Assembly: GCF_964204645.1 (NCBI RefSeq)
Contig: NC_134026.1
Span: forward strand, 9,633,950-9,697,949
Length of the DNA: 64,000 bases
From: Tubulanus polymorphus
Taxonomy: Eukaryota > Animalia > Nemertea
Direction of reading: 5' to 3'
Shown here piece after piece: positions 13,688-26,546 of the stretch. A program made the position numbers and the translations under genes. The notes under the pieces were generated by a model that worked only from the letters and a program-made list of their open reading frames with translations, was not told the DNA's origin and did no database searches. The stretch's first letter is position 1; each line of letters begins with the position of its first letter.

Positions 13688-13870
13688 TTATGATTAGCGC
13701 ATGCGCATTAAGCATAACCGCTCTTATAGGAGCGGTTTTGCCTAATGCGAACCCGTTTTGATATTTTATGTCGGTTGTTTCTATTTTACAGAATTTACAG
13801 AATGAATATATAATTATGATTAGCGCATGCGCATTAAGCAAAAACGCTCCTATAAGAGCGGTTTTGCCTA
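13688..13870. repeat. Two direct ~57-bp copies containing palindromes
   Basis: attatgattaGCGCATGCGCattaagca..(a)ccgctc.tata.gagcggttttgccta at ~13688 and ~13813. Confidence 0.85.
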
Positions 13871-14006
13871 TTGGTATGATTTAGATATCAAGGAATCGAA
13901 ACGACTTATCAAAAGCAGCGAGGAATGAAAAAGGATGACGTTGGTCGAAGAAATGGAAGAGGAGTCTAAAATATTAACCAATTTAGTAAAAAAATGTGTA
14001 TAATAA

Positions 14007-14684
14007 ATGGAACCAGAATAACCACAAACTATCAATATTACAAATAACACCGGCGCCATAAATATCTATTACAAGAAGTGTTCTAAGTGTGAATTAGATA
14101 AATTAGCTATAACAGAATTTAGTAAGTGTAAGATTAGCAAAGATGGTTTTCAATATTGCTGTAAAACTTGTTTTAAACTATATACCAAACAATATCGAGA
14201 AGATAATATAGAACATTATAATTATTATATGGCAGAATATATCAGAGAAAGATATCAAACAGATCTTAATTTTAGATTGAAACAATGCTTAAGATCTAGA
14301 TTAACACAATTATTCAACAAAGAAACACATTCAGAAACACTATCTAATTTGTTGGGTTGTACAGATGAATTTCTCAAATCATGGATTATATTTCAATTCG
14401 ATAGTCAAATGAATATAGATAATTATGGAGATTATTTTCATATTGATCACGTGTTACCGATATCTAAATGTTACATGAATGATGAATACAATAAAAAACC
14501 TATTTGGAATTGGAAAAATTTAAGACTTCTTGAAAAGAAAGAAAATCAAATCAAATCTAATAAACTAGATTTACAGTTATATTGAGAACAGTTAACAAAG
14601 GCAAAGAAATTTATTGATCAATGGAACAATAATCCGAATAATGAACAATACGTTGAGGAATTTGATATCAAGGATCCGAAATGA
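14007..14684 (+). pseudogene. HNH-type endonuclease with N-terminal CxxC...CxxC finger
   Basis: In frame from ATG 14007: KKCSKC...KDG...CKTC...LRSRL...HIDHVLP...NWKNL...EN..KSNK; two premature stops. Confidence 0.75.
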
Positions 14685-14868
14685 CTTATCTGGACAGTTA
14701 TAATTACTCCTCCTAATAGATAAACAAAAGTAGTGAGATATCAAATAGAATTCAAATAAAATATATTAAAAATTACATACCTTCAACTAGCCATTATTTT
14801 TATAACAGATGTACTACAACCAAACGTCGAAACAGAAAATGAATCAGAACAAAAATTAACTAAAATAA

Positions 14869-15267
14869 ATGAGTGATGATGGTTCCGTACGGCACCCACA
14901 CAGTGATGGCGTCAAGAAGAAGCCTAGATCCGAGAAACAAATTAAATGGGCAAGAGAATTAGGTAAAAGATCTTCAGAATTAAAAAAAGCTAAGAAAAAG
15001 AAATTAACTGATATAAATGAATCACAGACTTTATCTGATATTAATTCAAATAATAATCCATCTAATTCTTCTAATAGTGGAAGAAATAATTACTCATATA
15101 TTACAATTGGGTTAATCACAATTATTATATTATCCGGTGTAATATATAAATCAAAATTCAAATCTGATGATAAAGATGATTCCAATGATAATAAACCTAT
15201 CGTACCAGAAAATAAGTCAAATCATAAAGCCATTGAAACTAAATCTAAATTATTATTAATGGATTAA
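14869..15267 (+). CDS. Small Polinton protein with basic N-terminus and one TM helix
   Basis: Intact 132-aa ORF; YITIGLITIIILSGVIY hydrophobic segment. Confidence 0.7.
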   Translation: MSDDGSVRHPHSDGVKKKPRSEKQIKWARELGKRSSELKKAKKKKLTDINESQTLSDINSNNNPSNSSNSGRNNYSYITIGLITIIILSGVIYKSKFKSDDKDDSNDNKPIVPENKSNHKAIETKSKLLLMD

Positions 15268-15270
15268 AAT

Positions 15271-16359
15271 ATGATGAAAAAAGATCAATATTTAAGAGAG
15301 TTATATTATAACCCAGAAACTGAAGTATCATATTCTAGCGTTTCAGAATTATGGGATAAAATTAAATCTGATAAAGAAAATATAAAATATAGTGAGTTAA
15401 AATCATGGTTACAAAATCAACCAACATATCAAATCCACAAGAAAATGGATAAAACTTATTTAACAAGAAAAGTTATGGTTTCATATATCGATCAACAATG
15501 GCAAGCTGATTTAATTGACATGAAGAACTTAGAAGAATACAACAAAGGATATTTCTGGATATTAAATGTTATAGACATATTCAGTCGATACGCATGGTCA
15601 ATTCCAATCAAAAATAAAACTGGTATAGAAGTAATAAATGCTTTTAAATCAATATTTAAAGAAGCTATTCCAGATAAGATACAATTTGATGAAGGTAAGG
15701 AATTTTATAACAAACATTTCAAAAAACTATTATCTGATAACGATGTAGAATATTTTTCAACACACTCAGATAAAAAAGCATCTATTATAGAAAGATTTAA
15801 TAAAACATTGAAAACTAGAATGTGGAAATATTTTACTGCTAATGAAACATATAAATATATCGATGTGTTAGATGATTTAGTGAAAGGTTATAATAATTCT
15901 AAACATAGTTCTATAGATATGAAACCTATACAAGCTAGAAAAGAAGATAATTCAGAAATAGTTTGGAATAATTTATATGGTGTGTTTGTTACACATGATT
16001 TCGGCGAACCTAAATTTAAAATTGGACAACACGTTAGAATATCTAAATATAGAAAAACATTTTATAAAGTTTATACCCCTAATTTTACTGAAGAAATATT
16101 CAAGATTAAAAAGATAATATTAACTAAACCATTTGTTTATAAATTAGAAGATCTAAAAGATGAAGAAATATTAGGTTATTTCTATGAACAAGAATTATCA
16201 CTTGTACCAAATCCAGATGAAATAGAATACAAAATAGAAAAAGTATTGAAAACAAAAACTCTTAAAGGAAAAAAGTATTCTTTGGTGAAATATAAAGGAT
16301 ATGATGATAAATTTAATGAATGGATTTTATCCAGTAAAATTAAAAGAATAAATGAATAA
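15271..16359 (+). CDS. Polinton retroviral-like (RVE) integrase with C-terminal chromodomain
   Basis: WQADLIDM, QFDEGKEF and IERFNKTLK (DDE); YKIEKVL...LVKYKGYDDKFNEWI; intact 362 aa. Confidence 0.95.
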   Translation: MMKKDQYLRELYYNPETEVSYSSVSELWDKIKSDKENIKYSELKSWLQNQPTYQIHKKMDKTYLTRKVMVSYIDQQWQADLIDMKNLEEYNKGYFWILNVIDIFSRYAWSIPIKNKTGIEVINAFKSIFKEAIPDKIQFDEGKEFYNKHFKKLLSDNDVEYFSTHSDKKASIIERFNKTLKTRMWKYFTANETYKYIDVLDDLVKGYNNSKHSSIDMKPIQARKEDNSEIVWNNLYGVFVTHDFGEPKFKIGQHVRISKYRKTFYKVYTPNFTEEIFKIKKIILTKPFVYKLEDLKDEEILGYFYEQELSLVPNPDEIEYKIEKVLKTKTLKGKKYSLVKYKGYDDKFNEWILSSKIKRINE

Positions 16360-16635
16360 AGATTTATTTATATTTGAACCACATAATATGTTAATAACTG
16401 GGGCAACCAACTGTGGTAAAACACATTTCATATTAGACTTGTTAGAAACTACTTATAAAAATCATTTTGATAATATAATATTATTTTGTCCTACTTATGA
16501 AATGAATAAAACATATAATAGAGATATAGTTAAGATGAAAAAGTTTATTATATTAGATCCTAAAACAGTAAAAGAAAATTTAGATAATTGTATTAAAATA
16601 GCAATTGATACTTATAAAGGATCAAATACATTATT

Positions 16636-18858
16636 AGGCCAGCCGTAGGCTGAGCCTATTACTATACAAATGGAGCGAATTTAAATGACATGGTTTCCAC
16701 ACAAAAGGCTCTTTTGCTTGCCAAGTGAGGGCATATTCGAACAAATCACGTATTTAAGCGTAATCCATTCTCGGAATCGTAGCGAGCAGAATTTTGAAAT
16801 AGGCTTTCATAAAAATGTTTTCTGCATTTTTCACGAAAATAAAATCGGGAAAATTTCAATTTTTATCAGCCAATCAGGAAGTTGTGTCTTCCCTGTGATT
16901 GGTTTATCTAAAAATATCAGCAGCTGTTCACGTGAATTATCGTGATTTCATTACTGGCGCTTTTGCGCATGACGTCATGTATCAACACGCGACAATACTT
17001 CCGCGTTCGCTGATTGGCCCATTTACTGGGAAATTCCACAGAAGCCTAATGTGGTTTGTTACAAGCGCTGTGATTGGCCCGACCCGATTCTGGCACGGCT
17101 TTAGCTTAGTGGGTTCGAATCCCTTGACGGGAGAAGACGATGGATCCTATCGATGCTATCAACAAATAAGTTTCCCGGTTGGGCAGCTGCGGATATCTAC
17201 CGAAAGTGTTGCGGTTCGATATTTCGAGGTTTCTTTGAATTTTGGAGTGATATTTAAATCCGGTAAACACCGGCGGTAGATTGTGAAAACCCATTGCTTG
17301 ATATTTGTACTACTTAATCAACGAAAAGCGTCGGGGCCGCGCCAGGAGTTTTCGCGATTCAAGTAGCTCAATAGCCTACTTCTTCGTGTTCGTCCACCTC
17401 CGCAATTTTCACTCCGCCGATCTCTGACACGGCTCTGTCGCCGTCGGCGCTGTGATTGCACTATTCGTACCACCAAAATTTTTTATTTCTATATCAGGGA
17501 GGTCTGCAGAATAAAAAAGTCAAAATTTGGATATCACATAGGCCTGATTTCATCGAATAAGTCGACCATGGTCATTACGTTTCCGTACTTATTACCACCT
17601 AAAACCGTCTGAACAATTTTGTCACAACCAACATTTCGTTTACAGAAATCAGGTGTTCACGTGACCCGCGGTATCGTCTATTGTTTTACTTCCGGGTTTT
17701 ATTTTAAGATTTAAAATCGTATTTCAAGATCGATTTCTATGAAATCTTTAGTTGATTTGGTGTTTGGGAGGAATTTTTATTTGCTCTACAGAAAATTCAT
17801 CCTTGACAATTGCGCAAGGTTCGCAAAAAATTTCTTTTCCCAAATCGAGTGTATGAACTTGATATGCTAATTAGCCATGTGCTCGAATTGCAAATTCAAT
17901 CAAATTTTATTCTGCCAAAAAAATGTTAAATCCAATTCGCTTTCCGAGAGTTAATGGTATGCTGCATGGAACAAAGTTGTTTTGAGATGGGTCTTGAAGC
18001 TATTGAGTCGAGAGATAACCATCTAGATAGTTCGTGAGAGTTCCAAAGTTTTGAAGACGCTTCAAGGTAATGTCTTGATATTTGGTTTATACGTGTATCT
18101 ACCCTAGACACATCTTCAGGCCAAAAACTGGCCCTGTCAGATTCAAGATGGCCGACTGGCAGCCATTGTTGTTCAAAAATCTGCACTTTTTACACATTTT
18201 AGAAGTTTTCGAGGGAAATTTTGAAGACACTTTTATCAATAACCTTGATCATTCGTATATATTTGTATCCCCCAAGGGCCCATCCGCATGAGAAAAATTG
18301 GGTCGATCGGACTCAAGATGGCCGTCCTGTGACCTTTTTTGTTCCCAAAAATGTTAATTTTGGCCTGAATTCTGAGTCCTGTAGCTTTCTAATGAAGTGC
18401 CATTTTTCATTGCAATTTGTAATGGGTATTCTTTGGAAAAGGATCTTTTATATCCGAGAGGGTATTTTTGACCAGGCAATTATGACGCAATTGGCGGCCA
18501 TCTTGGGGTCATCAGTACTCATTCATAGGTGGAAAAAAAGTTTTGCCACATCATTTTGATACTTAAGCATATTTTGCTACCACAATCAATTGGAAAGTTG
18601 TAGCTCATGACATGGTCTATGATCTTGGTGAGTTTCAAGCTCATTGGTTTTTGTATATGGCCACCAGGGGCGTTGAACAATACAATAACTTAGTATTTCT
18701 ATATTACATTCGCTCCTGCTGTCTGTGTTAACACACGATTGTACTATGTAAATGACATTGAGCAGGGAGTGTATATTGATAAATATAACCCACAGATTAC
18801 ATCATTTATAAAAAGCAAATCTGACAGGCTGGCCATTGTGCCCCTTGGGGCTCTTGTT
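16636..18858 (+). mobile_element. Helentron-associated non-autonomous element (HINE-like)
   Basis: Inserted at TT; subterminal IR ggccagcc/ggctggcc; 3' hairpin gccccttggggc then tcttgtt; removing it restores N-T-L-F-I-I-D-D; body shared with the 41520-45510 repeats. Confidence 0.8.
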
Positions 18859-19046
18859 CATTATAGATGATTGCGCAAATTTACATGATTCAAAAGTTAG
18901 AGAAAGTGAGTTATGTTATTTAGCTTTCTCTGGGAGACATTTTGGGATAACAACATGGGTTTTTTTTAGATCAAAAATATAATGCAATTGTTAAAGACTT
19001 TAGGGATAATATAAGATTTCTAGTTTTATTTTATAACAAAGATAAA

Positions 19047-20129
19047 CAAGAAAATTAACTGTAATAAATTATTTGACGCCTGCAAAGAAATGTAGAATTT
19101 CTGGGATAAGCTAATGTGGAATTGCAAATTTGAAATCGAAGTTTTAAGAAATTTGGGGAATTATGAGATTTGGCGATTGGGTAGATGATACAGTCTTCGA
19201 CTGGTCTAATTTAAAAAAAAATTGTCAACTTGTGACCGACTTCGATTCACTCTTGCTCTAAGCTGGTCTACAACTTCATTGCCTCCATGGTTGAAGAAAG
19301 AGCTCTTCTGATGTCTGCTTCATCATGACTTCGAGTAGCCAGTTTGGCTGTCACTCAATATCCTAGACTTGAGTCTGGGTTGAAGTAGACATCGTCTTTT
19401 AAATAACTTATTCATGTTATTCTGTATGAATAACCCATGTGTCTTGTACTTTGTATTTTCTTATTCTAAAATTTGTAACTTTATTGAATTAGGGAATTTC
19501 ATCCCGGAATTTCAATGTAATAAGGATCAATAAAGTATTATGCCATCAGTGGACGCGGAGCTGTATATGACAGCTATGCTATTATAGATTGCTAATCTCA
19601 TGAAACCTGCATACCCCTAATATCGAACATATTTTCTAAAACATTTGAATATTGAAATTATTTGTTTACATGTTTTTATAAAGACCGCTTGTAGCCGCCG
19701 ATGAAATTCACGCCGGCCCTACTCAGATCGTAGATAGCTTCGTCATTCCACTAGCATCCCCATGTCAGGGTCTGACTTTTATATCAGACTTCCAAATCGT
19801 GTATACATCCGCCATTTAACCGAATAATCCGATTTACTTATCATTTCTATTTATGCCTGCCGCTCCTGATATAATCATACATCCTTTACTATTACAATAC
19901 CTCTTATCATGATATCCAATGCAATATAACATTTCGACGTTCAAATAGAGGTCATTATATAATCAAAAGCCATTCTACATCTTTATCAATAACATTTTGC
20001 CAAATAGCTTGTATGTGTACACATAAACCTGTGACGTTTTGCACATCGATTTACGGTTGTCATTTGTAAAATGACGCTGAATGGTTAACATTGTTTAGGT
20101 TTCATAATGGTAACGTTTTATAAGGCGTC
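19047..20129 (-). mobile_element. Second HINE-like insertion, opposite orientation
   Basis: Subterminal IR tttgacgcct/aggcgtcaaa; minus-strand end ...ttcttgttt; removing it restores NKDKKSM. Confidence 0.7.
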
Positions 20130-20292
20130 AAAAAATCTATGCAACAATCATTAGAAGAAAATGATATTATACCTACTGAATTACATGATGAATATATGAA
20201 TAAATTAAAGAATAATAAAGGTTCAAAATTATTACTTAGGCTTCAATTTCCCTATGAATATAAATTTATAAAATAAAATCCTAATTTGAAAT

Positions 20293-20664
20293 ATTATAGA
20301 AACTAATTTATATATCTATATACTAGACGTACGTAAGAATCCAAGATTCTTGCTAAGAAAGTAAGAATACTTAGATTCTTACTCGTACGTCTAGTACATA
20401 GATATATAAATTATTAAATGAATTATATAAAAATGAGTAAATTATATGTTTTCTCTTAATAAAAATAAAAATAGATTATATTATAACTATTTCTATACTT
20501 TGATTAATAATTTTATGTTTTTAATTTTTATGAAAACTATTATATATATATATATCTATGTACTAGACGTACGAGTAAGAAAGTAAGATTTCTTGGATTC
20601 TTGGATTGTTACCAAGATTCTTACGTACGTCTAGTACATAGATATATAAATTAGTTTTATAATA
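20293..20664. repeat. Double hairpin (four ~30-bp arms) between convergent Polinton genes
   Basis: tatatatctat(a/g)tactagacgtacg at 20304-20333 and 20549-20573; reverse complements at 20384-20413 and 20624-20653. Confidence 0.92.
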
Positions 20665-20665
20665 A

Positions 20666-21872
20666 TTATTCTAATTTTGTTTCTAATACATTTATAAAAT
20701 CATCTCTGTTTATATCTAATTCATCTAAAGTATTAGGTATATTTATTAATTTTAGTCGAGCCATCTTAACATAATAATTAGTAGGTATATTAGCTTTTTC
20801 TCTTAATTTTTCTAAGTATTCATCAAAATCATCATAATCAAAATCAAAATGATTTCTAAAATTATTTATCAGATAACTTAAATCTATTTTTCTGAAATAT
20901 AATAATTTATATATTTGTTCAGGATTATCTTCTGCATAAGCTAATAATTTATCAAATAACAACTTATAGAATATATAATATTGGTTAGTTTTAGGATTAA
21001 AATATTTGATATATTTATTTGGGTTATTTAACAATGGTATCATACTCACCATTTTATAAACATTAATTAGATGTAATTTTGATTTATAATAAGTATTTTC
21101 ATCAACAGGTTCAATTTTTTTATTACAATATTGGCACGTTTTATTTCTTTCTATTTCTTCTAATTTCTTTTCATGTTCTTCTAACTTCCTTTCATTTTCG
21201 ATATGCGCTTGAGATTTTTTATGTTTAGAAAAATTACTTTTAGAAATATCTAAATTACAAATGTTACAATGTTTTTTAGAATCATCAATTATTTCATTAT
21301 CTGTTATATCATTATCATTAGTTTCAATTGGGTTAACATTATTTATTACATTATCTGTTATATTATCTATGGTATCATTTGTTTCAATTGTATTAACATT
21401 ATCTTTTATATTACTAACTGATATATTATTATCATTATTATTCTTTTCTTTTTCTATATGTTTCTTTGATTTCTTATGTGATGCCCAATTTTTATATGAT
21501 ATATATTTTTTAGATACATCACAATATTTTGCATTATAATAATCTTTTTTTGATTCAATATCATATGTAGAGGGTATATTATAAGATGTAGATGTTGTTA
21601 CATCTTCTATTTTAGTTTCAATATTATTACTATCTTCTATTTTATATCCAATATCATCTATTTTATATTCAATATCATTCTTATCTTCTATTTTAGTTTC
21701 AATATTATTTTCTATTTTAGTTTCAATATTCTTATCTATTTTACTTATTCTATATTTGAATTGATTAAAGTAATCTCCAAAATACTTACTGTATTCATCA
21801 TAAGGTAATATATAATATATATCTGATATCATTTCACTTGGGAGTTTGTATTTCATATATTCCACCTTCCAT
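20666..21872 (-). CDS. Polinton protein with C2H2/matrin-like zinc fingers and IETKIE repeats
   Basis: 399-aa ORF; CNICNLDISKSNFSKHKKSQAH and CDVSKKYISYKNWASHKKSKKH; probable ATG at 21872 is out of frame. Confidence 0.7.
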
Positions 21873-21921
21873 TTTATATAAGATTTTTTATTAAAGTTAA
21901 AATTCTAATATTTCATAACAC

Positions 21922-23155
21922 TTAAAACATAACACTATTTAATTGAGAATTTACAATATTTAATTGCGCGTCAGATATAATATAAATGTGCATTTTGAAA
22001 TTTTTGATTCCTTTATTCTTTGTCATGAAGTTCTAGTGTTCTGTAGTTTTTTTCCAGAACCATGTAATGAATTATCCTCTGTTGTTCTAAAATCTAACCA
22101 TAATGCATATTTATTACCTGTATAATAATCAATTTGATTAATTTTACAATTTTCGGATGATTTTACTTTTTCTTTCATAAAATGTTTTCTTATTTCTGGC
22201 CATTGATCAATCATTCTCATTCCTTGACAAAATATTTTATTTGCTATTCCTTCGATAGTTATTTCTACTTTTGTTATTTCAGGATTATAATAATTATCAA
22301 CATTTATTGCACCATTAGTATATGTTGCAATGGTAAAAAATATGAACATACCTTTAATAGATCTTCTTGGGAAGTTAATATTCTCATTAATAATTTCATC
22401 ATTTGCATTAATAGTTACGGTTTTAATTTATCAATATAATCATATAATAATGAAAATCCTTGATTGTATTGAGTTTGAATTATACTTGAAATATTTTCAT
22501 CAGTTACTGTATCATATTCTAAACATATATTCGATAATTTATAACCCATATCTTTATTAACGCTAGATATTACAATTTCATTAACAGGAGCAAATGTTAT
22601 TTCGAATATAACATCTTCTTGAATTGCGTATTTATATAAAGGTGCATTATTATTTATCAATTCAAAGTCTAATGAAATTTTATATTTGCTTCCATATATA
22701 CTTTTTATCAACTTATCTATAGCATTAGTTAATATTGCGCTATTAGCTTCTGATCTTAATTTATTTTGGTTTTCTGATTGGATTCCTTGAAATATCATAT
22801 TATTTCTATTTTCTTTAGTTAACCATAAATCTTTATAATGCATAAATAGATTATAATCATCTAATGAGAAAACTGTTTCTGGACCAATCTTTATTGTTAA
22901 TTTTTTAATCAAATATCTTCCAACATTATCGACAACATAATTATTATTATTACCGATTACTTTTATATCGGCTGATAAATAAATACTATTTGGAACATAA
23001 AAAGTATTTTGTGTTAATCGAGGAATTCTAACATATAAAGTTTCATCAGGATTAATATTAGAAGGGTTATGAGTAATTATATGATGTGATCTTTCTGCTT
23101 TTATAGCATTAGATATTCTATGATTCTTAGAAGGATTGATATAACTCCCACTCAT
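21922..23155 (-). pseudogene. Major capsid protein (double jelly-roll), frameshifted
   Basis: ITHNPSNINPDETLYVRIPRL, YKLSNICLEYD, YYNPEITKVEITIEG, ALWLDFRT...LHGSG and ISDAQLNI match invertebrate Polinton MCPs as recalled; ~410 codons. Confidence 0.8.
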
Positions 23156-23175
23156 TTATTTAACAAAAAAATTAA

Positions 23176-24322
23176 TTATTTATTTTTTATCATGTTTGCT
23201 AACCCAAAAATAATTGCACTTACAACTGTAATTAAAAATAAAATAATATGTTCAGCAGCAAAGTTAATAATGTTTCCTGCAGATTTCAATATAAAACCAA
23301 CAATTGATGCAATAACTCCGGGCAATGCTGCAGCAGATTTTTTAGATAGTTCCCATAAATATTTTGCTAATTTCTTTAAACCATCTTTAACTTTATCTTG
23401 TATAGAATTATTATCATTCGGGGGTTTATCTGGTTTATTGGGAGTAGGTGTAGATTTTAAAGAATTTGATATTGCTAAACCAATTGTTGTAAATAACATA
23501 GTTACAGCTGTTAGAATTGAAAGAATTGTAATTCCTTCTAACTTAAATAATAATTTTATTCTATCTTTCAATGATATTTCAGAATTTGGTTTTATCAACC
23601 AATTTTTAAAAATACCTTTTAATCTATTAATATTATAATCATATGATTTTAATAATGATTTAATTTCTTCTTTCTGTACTTTCTAAATTATCTTTTAAAT
23701 TATTAATTTCTTTTTCTAAACGTAATTCTTTTTGCCTATATTCTATTTCATCAATAACTTGATGATCTAAATCAGACTTTAATTGTTCTATTTCTTTATT
23801 TTTATCAGTTAATTCTTTTTCTAAAGTTCTAATTTTAATATCTCTTATACTTTTATCATGTGCAATTTTATCAGCTTCATTTCTTATACTAATAATTTCT
23901 CTAATTGCTTCATCAGAAAATATATTTAAATCTTCTAATTCTTGATCTGTTGCATCAAGTAATCCATTTGGTAAAAGTTTTTCAATTGGAACTTTATTTG
24001 ATTTAAGTTTACCAGAAGTTGTTTCTGTTTCTAAATTATTTTTGATTGTTTCAAATAATTCATTAATTCTTTGTTTAAATACTCTTTTATTTTGATATAT
24101 TTCTTCTTGTGTTACATCTTCTTGTGTTACATTTTCTATTTCATTATTAATATTTATTTTTTTAATTCTATCTGCTAATATTTTGTCTTGATTTTTATAA
24201 GAGATATTAATATAATAATCACCATTCAAATGATAATAATATTCACCATCTAAATATTTTAAATCTTGTCCTAAAAGTCTAGTACCTCTATCATTTATAT
24301 TATATCCAGAATCATCATCCAT
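23176..24322 (-). pseudogene. Coiled-coil protein with C-terminal hydrophobic helices (ORFs 23660-24322 and 23176-23598)
   Basis: Heptad-rich region followed by GITILSILTAVTMLFTTIGLAI and ALPGVIASIVGFIL...; probably one frameshifted gene. Confidence 0.65.
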
Positions 24323-24338
24323 TTATATAATAAAAAAA

Positions 24339-25659
24339 TTAAGATTTAAAATATAATATTCCTCCGATTACAATTCCTATACAAGTTAAAGCTAATTTAG
24401 CATTTTCATGGGATTTATTATCATTATCAGTTTTAATTATATCATGTTGAATAATATCAGTTTTAATATTTTCTGATGTATTGTAATCTTTTATTTTAGA
24501 ATCATTATTTAATTTAATATTATTAGTTTTAGTTTCTGTTGATTGAATATGTTTTTTATTTTTTTCACCTTCCATTAATTTTGGATCAGTAATAATCTTT
24601 TTATTTATATCATTTAATCCAAATGAATTATTTATTGTTGCAGTTTTAAATAGATTATTATAACCAATTATATTTCCCATCTTTAATACTAAATCATTAC
24701 AAATAATTAATAGATTAGGGCCTATGCAATAATTTAATCTAATATGTGATTTATCTAAATAATGTTGATATCTTGCAATGTTTTCTGGAATCGATCTATT
24801 TTTATCATTATGAATTGAATCTTCAAATAAAACTTTGAATTGTTTCTGCGCATCGAATGAAGTGTTATCATTTCCAATTATTGGTGATCTTGTTTCAACT
24901 TGCGCGCCTAAAATACATATCAAATAAGTTCTAATAGATTGATTTATTCTTTGTATACCAGCTTTAGTAAAACCTTCACTATTTTCTAAAATGAAATAAA
25001 CCCAACCATTATTGTTTTGTTGTTGTATATTATTATAATTTTTTGGTAATTTATTCCAATTTAGTGTTCTTATATCTGAATTTGTCATTATTTTTCCAAA
25101 TTCTTTAGTATATAATATTCCTTATCCACCCATTGTTCCAATTTTTGCTCTAAAATCTTTATTTGAATTAATATTAAATTCATTAGATATTTTATAAAAC
25201 TTAGATAAATTAATATTATTATTAAATTCTTTAAAATATTTTGAACCTGGTAAAGGACATTCTAATTCATCTAATATTAATTTTATTTGAAAGTATGTAT
25301 GAAATCTAAAGAGTGATAATATTAATGGTAAACTTGGTTTGTTTAAATGATCATTCCAACTAATTCCACATCCTGTTGTTGCACAATAAACAGCAAAATT
25401 TAATTGATTCTGCCAATACTTCATATTAGATTTTGATAACCATTGTTTTGCCTCATTTAAATTTTTAGAATTAATTTCATAAACATTGAATATATTTTCC
25501 ATATTTACATGAAAATTATTACTTTCAGTAACATAAATATATAAATCAATTAATGAATTTAAAACTTCATTTCTATATGAAATATCTTTATTAAAATCTA
25601 TTGCTGGAATATTTAATTGATTTATTATATTGGAAAGCTTTTGGAAAACTATCTGCCAT
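24339..25659 (-). pseudogene. Polinton structural-module protein with C-terminal TM anchor
   Basis: ATG 25659 plus ORFs 25122-25502 (WQNQLNFAVYCATTGCGIS) and 24339-25088 (GFTKAGIQRINQSIRTY..ILGAQ; TM LALTCIGIVIGGILYF). Confidence 0.65.
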
Positions 25660-25674
25660 TTATATAATTAAAAA

Positions 25675-26084
25675 ATTAATAATTAACTAATTCTTTTAAT
25701 AATTTATCTTGTTCTTCAACTGTTATATGCCCATTTAAACTTATTATATAATCTAGTGTATTCTCTAATTTATTAATTTCTTTATATTATTTTTAATTTT
25801 TTCTTTATTACTTTGTATATTCAATTTTGAACTTATGCCAGTTAAAACACTTGAACTTAACCCTAATACACCAATTGATATAGCTAAAGCTGTTAATGGG
25901 CTGAATATTGCTAGAAATGTTATTACCGAACCACTTATAATCAAATAATATATGATTTTACTTTTTAAATATTTTTCTTTGTTATCTTTAAGTCACTTTC
26001 AAATTCTAATATTTGTTTTTCTAAATATGTTTTTGATTTAGTTTTATTTATATCATGAGGAATAATATCAATATTATCATCCAT
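25675..26084 (-). pseudogene. Small membrane protein (frameshifted; absent from the ORF track)
   Basis: MDDNIDYIPHDI...IIYYLIISGSVITFLAIFSPLTALAISIGVLGLSS. Confidence 0.55.
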
Positions 26085-26104
26085 TTATTAAGCAAAAAAA
26101 ATTA

Positions 26105-26522
26105 CTAATTAGTAAATCTATACGCTACAAATATAACAATAACAGTTCCGCCTAAAATCCATATTATTTCATATTTCTTCTGTTCTTTACTTGGGGTATA
26201 ATAATCTGATAATTTAGGTTTGTATAGATGTAATTTTTCTTTATTTGTTACCGCGTTATATAAACTCATTGCATCATCAACTGATTGAAAATCTCTGTGT
26301 GAAATCTTCTGATCATATAATTCCTTGTTAATATAATCCATATAGTTTTTTTTCTCTATATTCTTCTGCTGCTTTATTGTATTTCTCTAATGCTAAGTTA
26401 TGTCTTTTTTGTTCTGATAATGAACCATTTTTATCAATATGCTTAAATAAATATCCGCCACCAGTAAATGCTAAAGCGTTAACAATTGCCGATCCTATAA
26501 TAGTTATAACTGCAGAAGCCAT
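26105..26522 (-). pseudogene. Small protein with N-terminal amphipathic and C-terminal TM helices
   Basis: MASAVITIIGSAIVNALAFTGGGYLF...EQKRHNLALE joined across a frameshift to ...IWILGGTVIVIFVAYRF. Confidence 0.65.
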
Positions 26523-26546
26523 TTATTTAGTAAAATAATTTTGCAT

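Larger units (their letters stand above)
16352..20276 (+). pseudogene. Polinton packaging ATPase (A32/FtsK-like) split by two insertions
   Basis: Walker A GATNCGKT in 16352-16635; resumes at 18859 with FIIDDC (Walker B) and SGRH; last piece 20130-20276 ends ...YEYKFIK*. Confidence 0.9.

Noticed and set aside
16685-18559. Short ORFs as additional Polinton genes
   Set aside because: They lie within a HINE insertion whose sequence recurs near 42 kb
20293-20664. CRISPR-like array
   Set aside because: Repeats alternate in orientation, there are only four, no cas genes are present, and the context is eukaryotic
23156-26104. Poxvirus TTTTTNT early terminators in intergenic T-tracts
   Set aside because: Present at several gene ends but expected by chance at this AT content; not supportable without statistics
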